Source of the DNA: Octopus vulgaris
Lineage: Eukaryota
Reading direction: 5' to 3'
DNA length: 64,000 nucleotides
Assembly: GCA_951406725.2 (NCBI GenBank)
Contig: OX597817.1
Coordinates: 162,130,001 to 162,194,000, forward strand
The notes under the pieces were generated by a model. It made no database searches and had not been told where the DNA came from. It saw only the letters and a list, made by a program, of their open reading frames with translations. Positions 25,096 through 42,645 of the stretch are shown here, piece by piece; the stretch's first letter is position 1, and every line of letters begins with the position of its first letter. The position numbers and the translations under genes were made by a program.

Positions 25096-25320
25096 ATGTC
25101 TGTCTGTCTATCTGTCTGTCTGTGTTTCTGTCTGTCTGTCTGTCTGTCTGTGTGAATCCCTAAAACTTGAGAACAACACAGCCAATTTCATTCAAACTTT
25201 ACACATGCCTTACTTAGGGTACGAGGAGTGTCATGGGCAAAAAATGTTTAACTTCTTGCCTCGGGCGAGCCCACAGCAATATCACATCTCCACTATTTCA
25301 AGCATCTCTCTCTATTGTAT
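25029..25320 (+). mobile_element. Helitron-like 5' segment (second copy at about 26780-26912)
   Basis: TC(TA)n then (GTCT)n then AATCCCTAAAACTTGAGAAC...CATGCCTTACTTAGGGT, present twice; layout resembles the 5' end of 5500-5869. Confidence 0.5.
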
Positions 25321-25327
25321 ATATATG

Positions 25328-26450
25328 GATGGCCTGGTCTTAGCTGGCTGGCTGGCCCGGCCTTGGCTTGCTGGCTGGCCCGGCCTTGGCTTGCTGGCTG
25401 GCCTGGCCTTGGCTGGCTAGCTGGCCCTGCCTTGGTTTGCTGGCTGCAAACTGGCCTTGGCTGGCTGGCTGGCTGGCTGGCTGGTCGGGTCTTGGCTGTC
25501 TGGCTTGCCCGGCCTTCGCTTGCTGGCTGGCCTTGCCTTGGTTGGCTGGCTGGTCCGGTTTTGGATACCTGGCTGGTCCTGGGCTTGGCTTGATGGCTGG
25601 AAACTTGTCTAGGCTGGCTGGCTGGCTGGCTGACTGGCTGCCTGGCTGGCTGCCTGGCTGCCTGGCCCAGTTTTGGATTACTGGCTGGCTGGCCTTGGAT
25701 TGCTGGCTGGCTGGCTGGCCCAGTTTTGGATACCTGGCTGGCCCGGCCTTGGCTTGCTGGCTGAAACTGGCCTAGGCTGGCTGGCTGGCCTGGTTTTCGA
25801 TACCTGGCTGGCCTAAGTTGGCTGGCTGGCCCAGTTTTGGATACCTGGCTGGTCCTGGGCTTGGCTTGCTGGCTTAAAACTTGCCTAGGCTGGCTGGCTG
25901 GCCCGGTTCTTGGCTTTCTGGCTGGCCCGGCCTTGGCTTGCTGGCTGGCCAGGCCTATGTTGGCTGGCTGGCCCAGTTTGGGATACCTGGCTTGCCCGGC
26001 CTTTTGCTGACTGGAAACTGGCCTAGGCTGGCTGCCTGGCTAGGTTTTCGATACCTGGCTGGTCTTTGGCTTGGTTTGCGGGCTGGAAACTTGCCTAGGC
26101 TGGTTTGCTGGCCCGGCCTTGGTTGGCAGGCTGGCCCAGATTTGGATACCTGGCTGGCCCGACTTTGGCTTGCTGGCTGGAAACTGGCCTAAACATGCTG
26201 GCTGGGCCGGTTTTCGATACCTGGCTGGTCCTTGGTTTGGTTTACTAGCTGGCCGAGTCTTGGCTGCCTGACTGGCCCGGCCTTGACTTCGTGGCTGGCC
26301 TAGCACTGGCTGGCTGGCTGGCTGCCACAGATTTGGATACCTGGCTGGCCCGGCCTTGGCTTGCTGGCTGGAAACTGGCATAGGCTGGCTGGCTGGCTGG
26401 TTGGCCGTTGTTTGATACCTGGCTGGTCCTGGGCTTGGCTTGCTGGCTGA
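25328..26450. repeat. GC-rich GGCT-based minisatellite with higher-order units
   Basis: (GGCT)n matrix punctuated by recurring GGAAACT(G/T)GCCTAGG, GTTTTGGATACCTGG and GGCCTTGGCTTG blocks. Confidence 0.9.
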
Positions 26451-27480
26451 CGCAAGCATTGTTATTATTATTATAGTGCATTGTTGTGCCATTCAAAACA
26501 CAGTATTATTATTTATTATATTTTTTATCATTTGCTTGTTTTAGTCATTAGACTGTAGCCATGTTGGAGCATCTCTTGGGAGGGTTTTAGTTAAACAAAT
26601 TAATTCCAACACTTATTTTTAAAGTCTGGTACCTATTCTATTGTCTCTGTTGCCAAAGTGCTAAATTTGGGGGAGATAAAAAATCTAATACTGCTCATCT
26701 TTCCTGTCAAGAAGTGAGGGGTCGGGACGTGTAGACACACATACATACACACACACTCATACGAATATGTATATATGTGTGTGTATATATATATATATAT
26801 AAAACTGAGAATTTGTGTCTGTCTGTCTGTCTGTGTAAATCCCTAAAACTTGAGAACTACACAACCAATTTTATTCAAATTTTACACATGCCTTACTTAG
26901 GGTCCATGTAGTGTAATATGTATACATGTATATGTATAGATGTATTTCTATAGATATACATGTATATGTATACATGTATGTCTAGAGGTATATATATATA
27001 TCGATGTACATGTAATATGTACACATATATATACACATATATACATGCATGCATATATACACCCATACACCCTCCCACACACACACACCCTACACACACA
27101 TACATAGGTGCAGGTGTGACTGTGTGGTAACAAACTTGGTTCCAAAACACATGGTCCTCAGTTCAGTCCCACTATGTGGTAACTTGACATGTGTCTTCTG
27201 CTATAGCTTCAGAGCAACCAAAGCCTTTTGGATTTTGTAGACAGAAACTGAAAGACATCAATTGTATGTATATGTATGTATATATGTAAGTCTATGTGTG
27301 TGTCTTTGTGTTTCTCCCTCATCACTGCTTCACAAATGGTGTTCGTTTATTTACATCCCCATAACTTACTGGCTTCACAAGAAGAAACTGATAGAATAAG
27401 TACCAGGCTTATCAAAATATAAAAAAGCACTACGCAGTGTCTCATATTTTTGTTTGCCCACTCAGTTGTATCTATCAATT

Positions 27481-27588
<108 letters not shown>

Positions 27589-27622
27589 CATACATACATA
27601 CATACATACATACATACATACA

Positions 27623-27654
<32 letters not shown>

Positions 27655-27847
27655 CACATATATACAAATACATACATATATACCTTCGAAACACGCATGG
27701 AGTCGAACCGGAGACAGCTGATGAAGGGGAATGTTCCTTGTGTTGTTTGTCTTGTGCTCTGTTTTTTCGTTGTTAAAAAAATTCCGTTTCCATGTTTTTA
27801 TGTTTTCGTTTCTCGCGGAGTTCTACGTCTATTTGTGGTGTCCTGTA

Positions 27848-28013
<166 letters not shown>

Positions 28014-28800
28014 GAAATGAAGAAAATGCTGACAAAATAATTTAAGTAATTTAAGTAATTTAATTAGGTGAAAGTTTCAAACCCAACATAAAGTCAGATA
28101 AGAGGAAAAAACTTTTGATAAGCATAACAAATGCGCAACCGGTAAAAAGAACTTTCACCTAATTAAATTACTTAAATTATTTTGTCACCATTTTCTTCAT
28201 TTCCTTTTTTATATATCACAACTCGTGTTACACATCTTTTTTTTTTTAATATATATATATATATGCATGTATATATACATGTAGATGTAGGTACGTACAT
28301 ATATGTATGTATGTATGTATGCATATATTTTATTTATTAAATTACATATATATACATACATACATCATACGTATACATATTTACACATATACATAAGTCG
28401 AAAGGTAAGCTACTATGAATCGGCACGAACTTTCCGGACAACCTAATACATTCGCATACATACATATTATATACATGTAACGGACGAGCAAGGTGAAACC
28501 TAAAGGTACTTATTTGGTGACGTGACAGCATGGTTCAGGATGAAGTAAGCCAAGAATCTTGGTTATCATCAGTGGAAAAAACGTTCAGAAAGTTTCGGTT
28601 TCAAATTCAGAATGATGCTATGCCATTCAGAAAGGAGAATTCAAGGAAATGGTTTGATGCCTTCTTTACAGACAGAAGCAGTTTTTCAAGGACGGAGATA
28701 AAAAAAGAAAAAGCAGATTACTAGTTGAGAGATAGAGGGTTTGCCAGGCAAGCTCGAGGTCTGGCTTTACCTGGATGGGCTCCTGCTGGATACTCATGTA

Positions 28801-29450
28801 CGAAGGAGTGCTGAAAAGTTCCTGGCTTTAAGAGTATCGCGAAACGCTTGGCTGAGGGGGGCCAAACCCTCTGAGTTCTTTTACAGGGCCTAGAAAAACT
28901 GAAGGGCCGCTGCAATAAGTGTGTGAATCTGAGAGAGGAATATATTGACTAAAATCATAATCAACTCAGGCGCAGGAGTGGGTGTGTGGTAAGTAGCTTG
29001 CTTACCAACCACATGGTTCCGGGTTCAGTCCCACTGCGTGGCACCTTGGGCAAGTGTCTTCTACTGTAGCCTCGGGCCGACCAAAGCCTTGTGAGTGGAT
29101 TCGGTAGACGTGTGTGTGTGTGTGTGTATTTGTGTCTTTGTTTGTCCCCCCAACATCACTTGACAACCGATGCTGGTGTGTTTACGTCCCCGTAACTTAG
29201 CGGTTCGGCAAAATAGACCGATAGAATAAGTACTGGGCTTACAAAGAATAAGTCCTGGGCTTACAAAGAATAAGTCCTGGGCTTACAAAGAATAAGTCCT
29301 GGGCTCGATTTGCTCGACTAAATGCGGTGCTCCAGCATGGCCGCAGTCAAATGACTGAAACAAGTAAAAGAGAAAAAAGAGAAACAGAGAAAAACTCATC
29401 CTTCGGTATTTTCTTTTAACCAAAACCAGGAACTTTTCATCACCCCGTCG
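28801..29450 (+). mobile_element. Mariner-derived MITE containing a family A SINE (about 28969-29390)
   Basis: TIR CGAAGGAGTGCTGAAAAGTTCCTGG / CCAGGAACTTTTCATCACCCCGTCG, TA on both sides; internal GLEKLKGRCNKCVNLREEYID* is a mariner C-terminus; SINE TSD AACTCA. Confidence 0.85.
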
Positions 29451-30211
29451 TAGCTACTGATGATCTATGAAGTACCTATGACACCTGGGAAAAGAATTAG
29501 GAGACGAAAGAACAAACAGCTTCGCTGGTAGTTTGAATTCCACCCAGCTTCATGTTAGTATACATAAGATTAGGGCAGTTGTAGCTACTCATTTCATTAG
29601 AGTTCGAAGAATTCAAGGCGGCAAAATCCTGGTATATAGACACCAATGATATAAAAATAGGAAACGCAGATGTAACTACAAGATCTGGACACATGGGAGC
29701 AACCGAGAAAGTAAGGACACAGGCAGAAAGCAAGCTAGGGAACGTCATTGATGTTCCCAACTGATGTGAGAGAGAGAGAGAGAGAGATGGGTTCCACTTA
29801 ATTCCAGTTATGGGGGAAAGCAGGAAGAGAAACATGATCCAAGTTGAGGTAAGACATTTGGCGCAGAAAGGACGAAGGTCTAAGGCCTTGGAATTAGGGT
29901 CTTAAGGGGTCTGGAGGAAATGTGACCTGCCAAGGAGAAAGATCAGATGGCCTGAACTTTGGAGACAGGGATTCTTTGGCATCTCCGTTGTGGTTCGATC
30001 AATGCATGACACTATCTAAACAACAACGAACCTGCACAGGAAAGGTATAAAAGACGACACAAACTGTAGATTAAATTGAAAGAGGGATGTATTGATCCTG
30101 GCAGAGTAAAAGACGGTTCTTAGTTAGGATGATACAGACAGCGCCCTGACAAGGTCATCAGAGCACAGACTGACCGATACAAAGTTAATACCAGACGTTC
30201 AGTTTAGCAGG

Positions 30212-30897
30212 AAGGCGGAGAGCTGGCGGAAACGTTAGCACGCCGGACGAAATGCTTAGCGGCATTTTGTCTGAAGGCGGCGAGCTGGCAGAATCGTTAG
30301 CACGTCGGGCGAAATGCTTAGTAGTATTTCGGCTGCCGTAACGTTGCGAGTTCAAATTCCGCCGAGGTCGACTTTGCCTTTCATCCTTTCGGGGTCGATA
30401 AATTAAGCACCAGTTACGCACTGGGGTCGATGTAATCGACTTAATACCTATGTTTGTCCCCTCTATGTTTAGCCCCTTGTGGGTAATAAAGAAATAAGTA
30501 TTTCGTCTGAAGGCGGCGAGCTGGCAGAAACGTTAGCACCCCGAGCGAAATGCTTTGCGGTATTTCGTCTGCGTTACGTTGTGAGTTCGAATTCCGCCGA
30601 GGTCGACTTTGCCTTTCATCCTTTCGGGGTCGATTAAATTAGTACCAGTTACGCACTGGGGTCGATATAATCGACTTAATCCATTTGTCTTTTTTTGTTT
30701 GTCCTCTCTGTGTTTAGCCCCTTGTGGGTAATAAAGAAATAGGTATTTCGTTTGTCTTTCCGTTCTGAGTTCAAATTCCTTTTGGTGTCGATAAATTAAG
30801 TACCAGTTACGCACTGGGATTGATGTAATTGACTTAATCCGTTTGTCTGTCCTTGTTTGTCCCCTCTATGTTTAGCCCCTTGTGGGTAATAAAGAAA
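30212..30897 (+). mobile_element. Family B SINE containing two further full-length family B copies
   Basis: Head 30212-30273, inserts 30274-30497 and 30510-30741, remainder to about 30897; GTATTTCGTCTG-like motif at each junction. Confidence 0.85.
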
Positions 30898-31519
30898 AAA
30901 GGAAGACGGCGAGATCAATCTCCTCCCATATGCCTAAGAGTTTCAGAGAGACAGCAGAGATGAGGGTGGTCGTAGGAAGGAAACTTCACTGTCTCTATGT
31001 TGTCCATGTTCTTTACCTTCTCTACGTTGTCCGAACAACCCTAACGCCTTACATAGTCACATGGTCTGATAAGGCAAAGGGGATAATTCCGATTGAACTA
31101 ACAATTACTGGGGAAGATGAAATGTGAGGAGTCTTCAGAGAAGTACTAAGATTTAATTCGAGAAAGGTTGGCTATTTCAAGTTGAAGTTGTCTCGATGCA
31201 ATCTGTGTAGAATAGACAGAGGTCTGGGAGTTGAACAAAATAGAAAACAAAATCGGATACCTGCTTACAAACTGGAGAAGGAAGGCAGAAAGACCCTCTT
31301 GCTAGGCTAGCTCTAGAACAAAAATTGAGAGTTGAACTAGAAACTAGAAGATGGACAGTCATTAACCATCACTGCCGACTCGCCCACTGGAGGAGGTTGT
31401 AGCTAGGTTTGAAACTTTCAAGAAAAGTTGGACACCACCTGAAGACTTTCCTTAACCAATACCTAGCCATAAGTATATGACTGTATTTTCCAGCATCTCA
31501 TCTATAAGACGTATCTAAT

Positions 31520-36000
<4,481 letters not shown>

Positions 36001-36924
36001 TATCAATCTATTTCTCTCTCTCACTGTCATGCATCACATTCTTTGTTTTATACCACATTCTCTCTTAGCTTTATAGCATGCTCTTTCTCCTTTTCAGATT
36101 TATATCACGCTCTCTTGTCTTATATTCTCTGTAATATATGATACTCCATGTTACAACATACTTTCTCCCTTTCTCTGCCTAATTCCAAATCTCTCTCTCT
36201 CTCTCTTTCCCTTCCCCCTCAGTGTCTGTCTTTCTCTCTCGTGCGCGCCTTATTGCGTACTCATTCTATGTTACAACGCACACAAACTCTTTTTCTAACA
36301 CTATATATCACACGGTCTCCATTAACATTCTATGCTATCACATTCTTCTCTGTCTTACTATAGGCGCTGGCGTAGCTCTGTAGTGATAAGTTAGCTTCCC
36401 AACCACATGGTTACAGGTTCAGTCCCACTGCATGGCACCTTGGGCAAGTGTTTTTTTTTTATTTATTATTATAGCCCCGAGTTGAACCAGTGCTTTTATG
36501 GGTGGATTTGATCTATTTCTGTACTACCCACAAGGGGCTCAACACAGAGAGGACAAACAAAAGTCCATTATATCGACCCCAGTGGCGTAACTGGTACATA
36601 TTTAATCGACCCCGAAAGGATGAAAGGCAAAGTCGACCTTGGCGGAATTTGAACTCAAACCGTAGCAACAGACGAAATACATTTCGCCCGGCGTGCTAAC
36701 GTTTCTGCCAGCACGCCGCCTTCTCTGTATGTGTATGTGTATCATTTGATCTGTATGTGTGTATTTGTGCGCGCGCTCGCGTATCTATGTGTCTGCGTTT
36801 GTTCCTCTGTCACCGCGTGACAACCGGTGCTGGTTCGTTTACATCCCCATGACTTAGCGGTTCGGCTGTGAGACGCCAACAGAATAAATACCAGGCTTGA
36901 AAAAAAAAGAAAAAAAAGAAAAGT

Positions 36925-37338
36925 AGGCGCAGGAGTGGCTGTGTGGTAAGTAGCTTGCTAACCAACCACATGGTTCCGGGTTCAGTCCCACTGCGCGGCA
37001 TCTTGGGCAAGTGTCTTCTGCTATAGCCCCGGGCCGACCAATGCCTTGTGAGTGGATTTGGTAGACGGAAACTGAAAGAAGCCTGTCGTGTATATGTATA
37101 TATATATATGTATGTGTGTGTGTTTGTGTGTCTGTGTTTGTCCCCCTAGCATTGCTTGACAACCGATGCTGGTGTGTTTATGTCCCCGTTACTTAGCGGT
37201 TCGGCAAAAGAGACCGATAGAATAAGTACTGGGCTTACAAAGAATAAGTCCCGGGGTCGAGTTGCTCGATTAAAGGCGGTGCTCCAGCATGGCCGCCGTC
37301 AAATGACTGAAACAAGTAAAAGAGTAAAAGAGTAAAGA
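36925..37338 (+). mobile_element. Full-length SINE family A nested in the tail of an older copy
   Basis: Consensus match; older tail resumes at about 37340-37430. Confidence 0.9.
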
Positions 37339-37752
37339 GTGGGGTAGATTCGTTTAAAACTAAAACACTTCAAAATGGTGCCCCAGCATGACCGCAGTCT
37401 AGTGACTGAAACGAGTAACAGATAAAAGATTATACCAGATTCTCACCCCCACCTTCTTTCTCTGTCTCTCTCTGTCTCTCTCTCCCTCTCTCTCTCTCTC
37501 TGCCTTATAGCATACTCATTGCCTGTTATAACATGTCCCTCTCTATCTTCTCTAGCTTACATCGCCTTCTCTCAATGCTTTATCTTATATCTCTTTCTCC
37601 GTCATATAATTACACACTCCAGTGTCTTGTTACACACACATACGTCTTTTCTCTCCATTTTATATCACACACACACACATACACACACACACACACACTC
37701 TCTTTCTCTTTCGCGTTCTATCTTCCTTTTGCTTTCTCTTTATCTATCTATC

Positions 37753-37984
37753 TATTTCTTTACTACCCACAAGGGGCTAAACACAGAGGAGACAAACAAG
37801 GACAGACAGACGGTTTAGGTCGATTATATCGACCCCAGTGCGTAACTGGTACTTAATTTATCGACCTCGAAAGGATGAAAGGCAAAGTCGACCTCGGCGG
37901 AATTTGAACTCGGAACGTAGCGACAGACGAAATACGGCTACGAATTTCGCCCGGCGTGCTAACGTTTCTGCCAGCTCGCCGCCT
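37753..37984 (-). mobile_element. Full-length SINE family B within (ATCT)n
   Basis: Consensus match. Confidence 0.85.
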
Positions 37985-37988
37985 CTTC

Positions 37989-38048
<60 letters not shown>

Positions 38049-38273
38049 CTTGTATGTATATATCTTATACCACTCTATACTTTCGCCTCTGCTTTATATC
38101 AACACTCTTTCTGTTTCCTCACTATTTTATGACTATCACATACACATACACTCTCATTTTCTCTCTTATATTACACATACACACAAACACACACACACTT
38201 TCCCTGTCCTCTTGCTCTCTCTCTCTCTCTCAGTTTTATATGATCCACCTGTGTTATATATTCCTTTCTTCCC

Positions 38274-38310
<37 letters not shown>

Positions 38311-38829
38311 CTCTCTCTCTCTTCTTACTCTCTTTTCTCTCTCTGTTTCTCACTATCATCTGTATTACACATACTGTATTTCTATCTCTATCTTTATCTC
38401 AGGTTATCAGTCTCTCTCTTTCCCCCTCTCCTCCTCTCCCCCTTCTCTCTCTCTCATATTACACACTTCCTGTTATATATCCTATTCTCCACCTACATAA
38501 ATTAGTTAGAAAGTAATCTACTTACATGTACGCAAAACATTCTCAATTAATTTAAATATCTCACCTAGTTGGAGAAAGACAGCAAAAACCTAGCGGTAAA
38601 AATTATTATTAGCGACTCTCAAAGACAAGGGGAGATAATTTCATGAAAATAAGTAGTCAGTCTGAATTTTCTTAGCAATGAGACAGCTACGTATATGTTT
38701 CGGTTTATTTAACCTCATTGGCACAATATTATGAACTCAAAGCAGCTTTAATAAGTTGCTAAAAATTTTCACATTTAGAAAAAAGGTTATGAAGGTACAA
38801 GATGGAAGCAGACCGAAATCTTGTGACAG

Positions 38830-39050
38830 TGGTCACACAGCAAATACTACAATACTTTTGTCATGCTATCAGGACCCAGGACCTTCATCTTTACACCTTC
38901 AAGGGGCTGGATGGACTGAAAACATATTCTTGGGCGCCGAAGACGAAAATGGAGCGATGGCATCAAGGGATTTGAAAAGGAGGACTCCGATGGTTACGAA
39001 TGTATCTGAGCTCCCCACAGCCCTCAAACACAAGAAAGGGACTATAATCA
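38830..39050 (+). pseudogene. Old RTE-like LINE C-terminal remnant
   Basis: Frameshifted LQYFCHAIR...LQG...GRRRRKWSDGIK resembles RTE YFGH..R...QG...GR.R..W.D.I. Confidence 0.45.
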
Positions 39051-39079
39051 ACCAAGGGAAATAACTTAAATAAGGCAAT

Positions 39080-39109
<30 letters not shown>

Positions 39110-39110
<1 letters not shown>

Positions 39111-39505
39111 CATCATCATCGTTTAAACGTCCGTTTTCCACGCTAGCACGGGTTGGACGGTTCGACCGGGGTCTGGAGAGCCAGGGGCTGCTCCAGGCTC
39201 CAGTCTGATCTGGCAGTGTTTCTACAGCTGGATGCCCTTCCTAATGCCAACCACTCCGCGAGTGTAGTGGGTGCTTTTTACGTGCCACCTGCACAGGTGC
39301 CAGAGGGGTCTGGCATCGGCCACGATCGGTTGGTGCTTTTTATGTGCCACCGGCACAGAAGCCAGTCGAGGCGGTGCTGGCATCGGCCACGTTCGGATGG
39401 TGCTTTTTATGTGCCACCGGCACAGAAGCCAGTCGAGGCGGGGCTGGCATCAACCATGTTCGGATAGTGCTTTTTATGTGCCACCGGCACAGAAGCCATT
39501 CGAGG
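39110..39505 (-). mobile_element. Non-autonomous RTE-tailed element with tandem units (copy 2)
   Basis: Homologous to 2690-3190; units at about 39279, 39341, 39408, 39475. Confidence 0.75.
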
Positions 39506-39555
39506 TGATTTGTTTTGCAAGATTTTTAATGTGAAATCGTGTGTTGAAACAGATA

Positions 39556-39805
39556 TTGTTGTATTTAGGAATGGTCATTTTGCCAGTTTAGCCAATAAAA
39601 ACATACGCACTATATATTTGGTGTTACTTTCCTTCAGCAAAGGACCACTGATGCGGTCACAGGAGTGTGACAAAAGAACTCTGGCCGAAAAAAGATTAAG
39701 ATTAATGTAAAAAATAAATAACGCTGAAGCAAAGTAACACCAAATATATAGTGCGTGTGTTTTTATTGGCTAAGCTGGCATAATGACCATTCTGAAATAC
39801 AACAA
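39556..39805. repeat. 83-bp inverted repeat with 84-bp spacer (MITE or foldback)
   Basis: 39556-39638 is the near-perfect reverse complement of 39723-39805. Confidence 0.8.
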
Positions 39806-39823
39806 CATATATATATATATATA

Positions 39824-40082
39824 TCATCATCATCATCATCATCATCGTTTAACGTCTGTTTTCTGCGCTAGCATGGGTTGGACGGTTCGACCGGGGTCTG
39901 GGGAGCCAGGGGCTGCTCCAGGCTCCAGTCTTATCTAGCAGTGTTTCTACAGCTGGATGCCCTTCCTAACGCCAACCACTCCGCGAGTGTAGTGGGTGCT
40001 TTTTACATGCCACCTGCACAGGTGCCAGAGGGGTCTGGCATCGGCCACGATCGGTTGGTGCTTTTTATGTGCCACCGGCACA
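39824..40082 (-). mobile_element. Non-autonomous RTE-tailed element (copy 3, 5'-truncated)
   Basis: Nearly identical to 39110-39357. Confidence 0.75.
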
Positions 40083-40094
40083 AATATATATATG

Positions 40095-40165
<71 letters not shown>

Positions 40166-40507
40166 TATATATAAGGGCGATGATCTACTAAATAAAATAT
40201 GCAAAATTCTCAATGCACTCTCAGTCTGACTCACACATGCACACACACACACACACACACACTCTCTCTCTCTCCCTCTTCCTTTGCCTTTTTTCTTTCT
40301 TTCTCTCTTTTACTCGTTTCAGTCATTGGACTGCAGCCATGGAGGGACACCTCCTTGAAGAATTTTACTCAAGCAGATCATCTCAGTTACTTATTTTCTT
40401 GAAGTCTGGTACTTATGCAATCAACCTCTTTTGCCGAACCGCTAAGTTATGGGAATGTAGACAAAACCAAAACCAGCTGTGAAACGGTGGAATTGAGCAA
40501 GCACAAA

Positions 40508-40551
<44 letters not shown>

Positions 40552-40734
40552 TAAAACATACATACATGTATGTATATATGCATGTGTGTAGTATGTACGG
40601 CGGGCTTCCACACAGTTTCACCAAATTCACCATCATTGGTTAGCTTGTGGCAAGATGCCCTGCTGTGGGACTGAACCTACGACCACATTGTTACAAAGTG
40701 AGTTTCTTAACCATGCACCTATGTTGGTGCCTAT

Positions 40735-41175
40735 CATTTCTTTCTTTCTTTATGTCTTTCCTGTTTTTGCTCTTGCCTTCTTTTCTTCTTTCTTTCTTTC
40801 TTTCTCTTATTCTTCATTTCTTTCCTCCCTTTTCCCTTTCTTTCTTTCATTCTCTTTTCTTTCCTTCTTTTTCTCTTTCTTTTTCTCTATTCTTTCTTTC
40901 CTGCTTTGTTTTCGCTTTCTTTCTTTCTTACTTTCTTCTTTTCTTTCCTTCCCTCTTTCCTTCTTTTTCTCTTTCTTTCTCTTTCTCTCTCTCCTTCTTA
41001 CTTTCTTTCTTTCTTTCTCTTTCTCTTTCTTTCTTTCTCTCTTTTCAGTCTCTCTTTCTCTCTTTTCTGTCTCTCTTTCTTTCTCTCCTTTCTCTCTCTC
41101 TCCTTCTCTCTTTCTCGCTCTCTCTTTCTTTCTCTCTTCCTTCCTTCCCACCTTTCTTTCTTTCTTTCTTTCTTA
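40735..41175. repeat. Polypyrimidine (CT/CTTT) tract
   Basis: Directly visible. Confidence 0.9.
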
Positions 41176-41465
41176 TGTCACAATACCTTCCTTTCTTATA
41201 AGCACACACCCTCTATTGTTATTTCACATTATTTATCTACCTTTTTATTCCCCCCCCCCACTTCTCTCACATTCGCAATCTTTCCCTATGTTATATAACC
41301 ATAATCATAGTCCCTATCCACAAATGTTTTAGTCTCAAATTCTTTCTGTTCTAAAATATTTTCTCTCTGTTTTAAATCACATTCATTAGACTCTCCCTTT
41401 GTTCTATACCTCTCTCCCTTTATCCAGTATCATATACTCTCTTTGCCCCCTCCTCTCTCTCAGTC

Positions 41466-41566
<101 letters not shown>

Positions 41567-41693
41567 GGGCAAGTGTCTTCTACTATAGCCTCGGGTCAAC
41601 CAAAGCTTTATGAATGTATTTGGTAGATGGAAACTGAAAGAAGCTGATCGTGTGTATATATATATATTATATATCTATATATCTATATCTATA

Positions 41694-41729
<36 letters not shown>

Positions 41730-41743
41730 TGTATGTATGTATG

Positions 41744-41800
<57 letters not shown>

Positions 41801-41912
41801 ATATGTTTTTGTGTCTGTGTTTATTCCCCCACCATCACTTGACAACCAATGTTGGTGTGTTTACATCCCTGCATTACATTTCATCCTTATCACCAATAGT
41901 CTTTCACTAATC

Positions 41913-42256
41913 CAGTTGTTCTCAACCAGGGTCCAAATGGCCCTTGGGGTCTCCATCTAAGATTTTGCTGTTAAGATTTATTCTTCTATTCTTTTACTTA
42001 TTTCAGTCATTTGACTGCGCCCATGCTGGAGCACTGCTTTGAAGGTTTTAGTTGAAGAAACCTACCCCAGGACTTATTTATTAATCCTCAAACTTATTCT
42101 ATAAGTCTCTTGTGCCAACCCGTTAAGTTATGGGGACACAAACACATCAACACCGGTTATAAAGCAGTGATGGAGGGACACACACACACACACACCACAT
42201 ATATATCCAATGTAAAGAAAAAGAAGACAAAGAAAATTCTTTAATACCTCTTTAAT

Positions 42257-42312
<56 letters not shown>

Positions 42313-42596
42313 AAATATAAATTAGAGATAAAACCACTATTATGCAACTCAAACAGTGATAGACTTAAACCAATACATAAATAACCAATATACTCTTTTA
42401 CTCTTTTACTTCTTTCAGTCATTTTGACTGTGGCCATGCTGGAGCACCGCCTTTAGTCGAGCAAATCGACCCCAGGGCTTATTCTTTGTAAGCCCAGTAC
42501 TTATTCTATGGGTCTCTTTTGCCGAACCGCTAAGTGATGGGGACGTAAACACACCAGCATCGGTTGTCAAGCAATGCTAGGGGGACAAATACAGAC

Positions 42597-42645
<49 letters not shown>

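Larger units (their letters stand above)
28430..31450 (+). mobile_element. Decayed Hero-type (R2 group, restriction-like endonuclease) non-LTR retrotransposon, interrupted twice
   Basis: Colinear motifs AWFRMK, KWFDA, LPGKLEVWLY, [MITE], LLMIYEVPMT, EEFKAAK, QAESKL, QVEVRH..SKALELG, RKIRWPELW, [SINE cluster], TTLTPYIVTWS..IELTITGE (cf. RPDIV.WS..IELTVPWE). Confidence 0.8.

Noticed and set aside
25205-26496. WLAG-repeat membrane-protein-like ORFs
   Set aside because: Translation of the GGCT satellite, open in multiple frames
27683-27745. GAAAC...GTC...CTGATGAAGG as a permuted (type II) hammerhead
   Set aside because: No convincing stem I, and stem II register does not fit; homolog at about 54090-54150 does not rescue the fold
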